From sequence record SRR20825006_1162: DNA of 54,755 bases. The stretch is one strand, 5' to 3'. The notes beneath the pieces are model-generated. The model was not told the DNA's origin. It worked only from the letters and a program-made list of their open reading frames with translations, and searched no databases. Made by a program: the position numbers and the translations under genes. Below are positions 48,977-54,755 of the stretch, in pieces. Each line of letters begins with the position of its first letter. Positions within the stretch are counted from its first letter, which is position 1.

Positions 48977-50530
48977 TTAGTTATTGTTCTTCCAGATTGA
49001 AGGAATTGGGGTGATTTTTAAATTTTTCACTTCGTCTTCAGTAGTGATGCTGAACTGGGTGTATGGCTTTTCTGGGAAAAACTGTGCGGTGATCGCATTA
49101 GCGCCGCTATCAGCAAAAAATTCTATTGAAGAAGCATCTAAGAAAATTTGAAATTCCGCAGAATCACTATCAATGAAATCGGCTGGAGCTTCCATAACCG
49201 GAAGGGCAAACTTGTCTGAAAAATCGGTTAAACCACTTTTGCTTCGGTCCAAACTGTATTTTGCGGTTTGGGCGTCAAATGAAACAGTGAGCTCTTCGCC
49301 ATCTGTATTTCCGACATTAAGCTTAAAATCCTTAAGCGGTTTAGGTAATTTGAAAGTAACTACTGCTTGGTTGAGGTCTTTATGAGAAAATGATGAGGTG
49401 TTCTGCTCACTTGAAATATCTATAGAAACATCGCTTAAACCTTCAGTAATTGAGGCTACCGGAGTATTGGCTAAAAAATAATCATTGTTTTTATGCAAAC
49501 TCACTTTTTGCGGAAGCGTCATCGCACTACGCCACTTTTCTGTTGGTGTTTCTTGGCCGTACTCCCAGTTGCTCATCCAAGCGATAAACGTACGCTCTTC
49601 ATCAGGCAAGTTGTTGTAGGTGATCCCGGCATAATTATCACGGCCGAGGTCAATCCATTTATCGTCTGTTTGGGTTGTAGTAAATTGTTTTCCGTCAAAA
49701 TCACCAATAAAATATTGTGTTCCGGAGCCACCGTTAGGAGCGCCCGGATTGATGCTGATAAACAACACCCATTTGGTCTCGCCGGTTTCCTTTACCGTTA
49801 ATGGAAAGAGATCAGGGCATTCCCAAACGCCACCGTGAGCGCCGATGTCCTTACCAAATTCGCTGAGGTAAGTCCAGTCAATTAAATTATCAGAATTGTA
49901 AATCATCGCACGATCGCCGGCAACCAGCACTAGAATCCATTTATTAGAGTCTTCGTGCCAGAAAACTTTCGGGTCTCTAAAATCTACAAGGTTTTCGTTA
50001 TTCGGCACAACGGGATTGCCGGTATACTTTGTAAACGACTTTCCGTTATCAAGACTGTAAGCAATTCCCTGATATTGATAATCTGAAGTTTTTGCCTCAG
50101 CACCTTTGGGTTCGTGATAGGTGAACATGGCGATCAGCGGCGGGTTTTCGGCAGTGCCTAAACCAGAAGAGTTGTTATGATCAACCACGGCACTTCCTGA
50201 AAAAATGTAGCCTAATTCATCCGGCTCAAGTGCAATTGGCTCGTTTTTCCAATTTTTTAAGTCCTCACTGGTCGCGTGCCCCCAGTGCATAGGTCCCCAA
50301 ACGGTAGAATCTGGGTAAAATTGATAGAAAAGATGATAGGTTCCGTCGTTGTAAACCAGACCGTTAGGGTCGTTCATCCAGTGTGCTTCGGGTGAAAAAT
50401 GATATTGTGGGCGAAAATTTTCGTGATATGATTTAACTGCCGTATCTTTAGGGGTATCATTTGCGGTGTTTTCTTTTTTACAAGAACTCATAATTAGTGT
50501 GATTAACAGAATGGAATGTACATATTTCAT
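48977..50530 (-). CDS. GH32 beta-fructosidase/levanase, lipoprotein
   Basis: MSSC lipobox; WMNDPNG, FSGSAV, FRDPKV, WECPD. Confidence 0.95.
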   Translation of the reverse strand: MKYVHSILLITLIMSSCKKENTANDTPKDTAVKSYHENFRPQYHFSPEAHWMNDPNGLVYNDGTYHLFYQFYPDSTVWGPMHWGHATSEDLKNWKNEPIALEPDELGYIFSGSAVVDHNNSSGLGTAENPPLIAMFTYHEPKGAEAKTSDYQYQGIAYSLDNGKSFTKYTGNPVVPNNENLVDFRDPKVFWHEDSNKWILVLVAGDRAMIYNSDNLIDWTYLSEFGKDIGAHGGVWECPDLFPLTVKETGETKWVLFISINPGAPNGGSGTQYFIGDFDGKQFTTTQTDDKWIDLGRDNYAGITYNNLPDEERTFIAWMSNWEYGQETPTEKWRSAMTLPQKVSLHKNNDYFLANTPVASITEGLSDVSIDISSEQNTSSFSHKDLNQAVVTFKLPKPLKDFKLNVGNTDGEELTVSFDAQTAKYSLDRSKSGLTDFSDKFALPVMEAPADFIDSDSAEFQIFLDASSIEFFADSGANAITAQFFPEKPYTQFSITTEDEVKNLKITPIPSIWKNNN

Positions 50531-50594
50531 GATAGACTACATTAATTAAACCTTTCGGTCAACAAGAGTCGAAATTTAAAACAAATTAAGAGAA

Positions 50595-50680
50595 CTTAAT
50601 CGATTTAGTCGCTTAAATTTGCCACAAGTAGTAATTATCAATAGTCTTTCAAGATAGACAAAAAGAATTAAACCGATTTT
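50595..50680. promoter_or_regulatory. lacI promoter box and two candidate LacI-type operators
   Basis: CTTAATCGATTTAG (50595-50608) near-palindrome with central CG; TAAATTTG at 50614-50621; TAAACCGATTTT at 50669-50680. Confidence 0.45.
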
Positions 50681-50687
50681 TCAAATT

Positions 50688-51734
50688 ATGAAAAGAAAGT
50701 TAACCCTAAAATCAATAGCAAAAGAGCTGGGAGTTTCGATCTCTACCGTTTCAAAAGCGCTTAGAGACAGCCCGGAAATCAGTGAAGAAACCCGTGAGAA
50801 GATCAAAGCTTTTGCGAAGCTCTATAACTACAAGCCTAACAATATTGCGCTGAGTTTAAAAAATCGTAAAACCAATACGATCGGGGTGATCATTCCTCAG
50901 ATTGTACACCACTTTTTCACAACAGTAATCTATGGTATTGAGCAGGAAGCACGTGAGAATAATTACAACGTGATCATTTGTCTTTCGAACAATGCTTTTG
51001 ATAAAGAGGTTCTGAATATGGAGCTTTTGGCCAATGGAAGTACAGACGGATTCATTCTTTCGGTTTCTAAAGAAACGATGATGAAAGAAGATTATCACCA
51101 CTTAAATGAAGTAATCGATCAAGGAATGCCTGTGGTGATGTTTGACCGTGTGGTTGAAGGGATTCAGTGTGATCGAGTATTGATCGATGATAAAGCCGGC
51201 GCTAAAAAAGGGGTGACGCATATGATTCGCTCCGGGTGTCGTAAAATAGGGATTATTACGAGTGAAGATTACGTGAGTGTAGGTCGCTTGCGTACCGAAG
51301 GTTATCTTGATGCACTTGATGATTTTGGGATCAAAGCCGATGATAAGCTTATCTTGAAGTTAGATAATATTGATGATCTTTCTGATAAATCTAAAAAGCG
51401 CATCGAAGATTTTATCTCTAATAACGAACTTGATGGTGTGTTTACCGTAAACGAACTCTTTGCTGTTCATGCATCTCGTGTGATCAACGCTATGGGTAAA
51501 AAGATTCCTGATGATATCTCGTTAGTTTGCTTTACTGATGGTCAATTGTCTGAGCACGCAGTGCCTAGTTTAACGGCGGTGAGTCAGCACGGGGAAGAAA
51601 TGGGACGTAAAGCAGCTTCTATTCTTATCAATAAATTAGAAAGCCCTGAAGACGAGGAAGAAGAATATAGCACAACCTATATTGATACCAGTCTTGTAGA
51701 GCGTGAATCTACTAAAGAAGTAACGCGCAGATAA
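50688..51734 (+). CDS. LacI family transcriptional regulator
   Basis: TLKSIAKELGVSISTVSKAL HTH, YKPNNIA hinge, PVVMFDR, PSLTAVSQ. Confidence 0.95.
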   Translation: MKRKLTLKSIAKELGVSISTVSKALRDSPEISEETREKIKAFAKLYNYKPNNIALSLKNRKTNTIGVIIPQIVHHFFTTVIYGIEQEARENNYNVIICLSNNAFDKEVLNMELLANGSTDGFILSVSKETMMKEDYHHLNEVIDQGMPVVMFDRVVEGIQCDRVLIDDKAGAKKGVTHMIRSGCRKIGIITSEDYVSVGRLRTEGYLDALDDFGIKADDKLILKLDNIDDLSDKSKKRIEDFISNNELDGVFTVNELFAVHASRVINAMGKKIPDDISLVCFTDGQLSEHAVPSLTAVSQHGEEMGRKAASILINKLESPEDEEEEYSTTYIDTSLVERESTKEVTRR

Positions 51735-51736
51735 GG

Positions 51737-52393
51737 ATGGGTAAAAAAGGTTTTATTTTTGACTTAGACGGAGTAATTGTAGATACGGCCGGATTTCACT
51801 ACTTAGCGTGGCGAAATCTGGCTCACGAATTGGGTTTTGAATTTACCGAAAAGCAAAACGAGCGTTTTAAAGGCGTGAGTCGCGTACGGTCTCTGGAAAT
51901 CTTACTTGAAATAGGAGATGTAAAAGCCACTCAAGAACAAAAAGAGGGCTGGCTCGTTTCTAAAAATGAGGAATATCTAAGTTATATTTCAAAAATGACT
52001 TCAAATGATATTCTGCCGGGCGTACTAAAAGTGCTTGATTATTTGCAAGAAAAGCAAATACCTATGGCTCTTGGTTCTGCCAGTAAAAACGCGCAACCCA
52101 TCTTAAAACGTGTTGGGCTTTTTGATCGTTTTGACAGTATTGTAGATGGCAATCATGTAACTAAAGCTAAGCCAGATCCCGAAGTTTTTACCATAGGCGC
52201 AGATGCTTTAGGTGTTGCATATACTGATGCAGTCGTTTTTGAAGATTCAATCGCGGGTATTCAGGCAGCCAACCGGGTCGATATGGTGAGCATAGGTATT
52301 GGCGATGCACAGGTCTTGCACGAAGCCGATCATAATTTTAAAGATTTTACCGAAATCGATACCGCATTTTTAGACCAACTAATCAACGCATAA
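51737..52393 (+). CDS. pgmB: Beta-phosphoglucomutase
   Basis: FDLDGVIVDTA, SASKNA, KPDPEVF, FEDS HAD motifs; adjacent to GH65. Confidence 0.93.
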   Translation: MGKKGFIFDLDGVIVDTAGFHYLAWRNLAHELGFEFTEKQNERFKGVSRVRSLEILLEIGDVKATQEQKEGWLVSKNEEYLSYISKMTSNDILPGVLKVLDYLQEKQIPMALGSASKNAQPILKRVGLFDRFDSIVDGNHVTKAKPDPEVFTIGADALGVAYTDAVVFEDSIAGIQAANRVDMVSIGIGDAQVLHEADHNFKDFTEIDTAFLDQLINA

Positions 52394-52396
52394 ACT

Positions 52397-54703
52397 ATGA
52401 ATCAAGATTATATCATTCCTGCTCCCTGGGCAGTAATAGAAGAAGGATTTGAAAAGGATCGCGTAAAGTCTTCAGAAAGTCTTTTTAGCATCGGGAACGG
52501 TGCTATGGGGCAACGTGCCAACTTTGAAGAAGCTTATAGCGGAAAAACGTTTCAGGGAAGTTATATAGGAGGTGTTTATTATCCTGATAAAACCCGAGTA
52601 GGCTGGTGGAAAAATGGCTATCCTGAATATTTTGCAAAGGTGCTAAATGCTCCAAGCTGGATCGGGATCAAAGTGACCGTAGATGGGGAAGCCCTTGATT
52701 TGAATACCGTAAAATCGGTGTCAAAATTTCGTCGCGAACTCAACATGAAAGAAGGTTGGTTAGGTCGCAGTTTTGAAGCCGAAATGCAAAACGGAACGCA
52801 ACTTAAAGTGAAAGCTAAACGCTTTTTGAGTTTAGAACACGATGAACTTGGCGCGATCAATTATGAGGTGACTCCGCTAAATAAAGATGTGAGTATAAGC
52901 TATGAGCCGTATTTAGACAGTGGGATTACCAATGAGGATACCAACTGGGATGATGAGTTCTGGAATACGCTTGACGTAGAAGAAGACGGCAATAAGGCTT
53001 ATATCACAGCGCACACGATGAAAACGATGTTTTACGTATGTACGGCGATGTCAAACACCTTTACCGTTGATGGGAAGGAGATTTCACTAACCCTCAAAAC
53101 CAATAAGGCAGAGACTTATATCGGTCACGTTTATGAGACTGATATCAGAGAAGGCGAGACTTTTGCTATTCAGAAATATGCAGGATATATCACCTCTTTC
53201 AATCACGATAAAGACGAATTAAAGCAAGCTGCTGAAGCTGTTTTAGACACGGCTCTTGAAGAAGGATTCACCCGATTGTTAGCTAAGCAAAAGGAAGACT
53301 GGGCAGCAATCTGGGCAATGGCAGACATCGTCATCGACGGAGATGTCAAAGCACAGCAAGGTATTCGTTTCAATATTTTTCAGCTGAATCAAACCTACTT
53401 GGGTAAAGATGCACGTTTGAATATTGGGCCGAAAGGATTTACCGGAGAGAAATACGGCGGTTCTACCTATTGGGATACCGAAGCTTACTGCTTGCCTTTT
53501 TACATGGCAACCAAGGATCAGCAAGTTGCACGTAATTTGCTAACCTACAGATACAATCATCTCGAAAAAGCTATTGAGAATGCCGAAAAACTCGGTTTCA
53601 AAAATGGCGCCGCGTTGTACCCTATGGTTACAATGAATGGGGAAGAGTGCCACAACGAGTGGGAGATCACTTTTGAAGAAATACACCGTAACGGCGCGAT
53701 GATCTTCGCAATCAGAGATTATGTGAATTACACTGGTGACTTTAGCTACATTCCGGAAAAGGGATTGGAAGTAATGATAGGTGTAGCGCGTTTCTGGAAA
53801 CAACGAGCAACCTGGTCGAGCAAAAAAGAGCAGTTTGTGATTCTTGGTGTTACGGGACCTAACGAATACGAGAATAACGTTAATAATAATTTTTACACCA
53901 ATTATCTTGCAAAATGGTGTTTGAATTATGCGGTTGAAAATGCCAAGAAAGTGAGCAAGGAATTCGCTTCAGATTATAAGCGAATTGCAGAAGCTACGGG
54001 TATTTCTAATGAAGAATTGAATTCGTGGACCGAAGTTGCTGAGAAGATGTATTTGCCTTTTTCAGAAGAAAATGGCGTGTACTTACAGCAAGATGGCTTT
54101 TTAGATAAAGAATTAGTAACGGTAGCAGATCTGGATAAAGCAGAGCGCCCCATCAATCAGAAATGGAGCTGGGACCGCATCTTGCGTTCACCTTACATAA
54201 AACAAGCGGATACATTACAAGGTTTTTATGTTTTTGAAGATGATTTTTCACAGGACGAACTCAAAAAGCATTTTGATTTTTATGAGCCGTTCACGGTTCA
54301 TGAATCTTCATTAAGTCCTTGTGTGCATTCGATTCAGGCGGCAAAATTGGATCAAATGGATCAAGCCTATGCATTTTATTTGCGTACGGCACGTTTAGAC
54401 CTTGACGATTATAATAAAGAAGTGCACGAAGGACTGCACATTACCAGTATGGCCGGGACTTGGTTGAGCATTGTTGCCGGTTTCGGCGGAATGCGTATCA
54501 AAGACGACAAGCTTTCTTTTGCACCAAAAATGCCAAAAGCCTGGGATGGTTTTTCTTTCAAACTAAATTTTAGAAATCAGATCGTAAAAGTAGCGGTAGC
54601 TAAGGATAAATATACCTTCAGCCTAGATGGTGGAGATGATCTTGATATTTTGGTAGACGGAAAAGAGATTAGCATTTCTGCAGATGAGCCTACCGAAGTT
54701 TAA
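52397..54703 (+). CDS. GH65 maltose phosphorylase-like enzyme
   Basis: ESLFSIGNG, GPKGFTGEKYGG, YWDTE, GPNEYE, IKQAD, HESSLS. Confidence 0.93.
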   Translation: MNQDYIIPAPWAVIEEGFEKDRVKSSESLFSIGNGAMGQRANFEEAYSGKTFQGSYIGGVYYPDKTRVGWWKNGYPEYFAKVLNAPSWIGIKVTVDGEALDLNTVKSVSKFRRELNMKEGWLGRSFEAEMQNGTQLKVKAKRFLSLEHDELGAINYEVTPLNKDVSISYEPYLDSGITNEDTNWDDEFWNTLDVEEDGNKAYITAHTMKTMFYVCTAMSNTFTVDGKEISLTLKTNKAETYIGHVYETDIREGETFAIQKYAGYITSFNHDKDELKQAAEAVLDTALEEGFTRLLAKQKEDWAAIWAMADIVIDGDVKAQQGIRFNIFQLNQTYLGKDARLNIGPKGFTGEKYGGSTYWDTEAYCLPFYMATKDQQVARNLLTYRYNHLEKAIENAEKLGFKNGAALYPMVTMNGEECHNEWEITFEEIHRNGAMIFAIRDYVNYTGDFSYIPEKGLEVMIGVARFWKQRATWSSKKEQFVILGVTGPNEYENNVNNNFYTNYLAKWCLNYAVENAKKVSKEFASDYKRIAEATGISNEELNSWTEVAEKMYLPFSEENGVYLQQDGFLDKELVTVADLDKAERPINQKWSWDRILRSPYIKQADTLQGFYVFEDDFSQDELKKHFDFYEPFTVHESSLSPCVHSIQAAKLDQMDQAYAFYLRTARLDLDDYNKEVHEGLHITSMAGTWLSIVAGFGGMRIKDDKLSFAPKMPKAWDGFSFKLNFRNQIVKVAVAKDKYTFSLDGGDDLDILVDGKEISISADEPTEV

Positions 54704-54725
54704 TACTATACTATAGTTTTAATTG

Positions 54726-54755
54726 AAGCCTTTGTTCTTTAAAGAACAAAGGCTT
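54726..54755 (+). terminator. Perfect 30-bp palindrome after GH65, probable terminator hairpin cut by window end
   Basis: AAGCCTTTGTTCTTT|AAAGAACAAAGGCTT. Confidence 0.65.

Overview
Flavobacteriaceae-like (Bacteroidota) chromosomal window, densely coding, with no obvious frameshifts in the main ORFs. The taxon call is an inference from TAnnTTTG promoter boxes, lipoprotein CAZymes and gene content. It opens with the 3' end of a tRNA (probably Leu). A one-gene Fic islet follows, bracketed by a duplicated terminator and preceded by an array of TGTCGA inverted repeats. Next come an aldo/keto reductase, a GH2 resembling plant endo-beta-mannosidase, a dienelactone hydrolase, an orphan secreted helical protein and a LytS/LytTR two-component pair. 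The core (9.6-37 kb) is an all-plus-strand glycan locus: 3x GH92, GH130, GH20, GH3, 2x GH29, GH35, a NagB/PIG-L fusion and two sodium:solute symporters. Four poorly characterised genes are embedded in it (CBM9-like, GHL10-like, CutC, BNR propeller). Its enzyme set fits disassembly of complex, possibly plant/algal-type N-glycans, but no SusC/SusD pair and no GH18/PNGase lie in the window. The rest holds a DeoR-linked glycerol operon ending in an unknown outer-membrane barrel, Ktr/Trk K+ uptake, a group II PLP decarboxylase, a fructan module (GH32-MFS-PfkB) and LacI-pgmB-GH65. All calls come from motif reading by eye; no searches were run.
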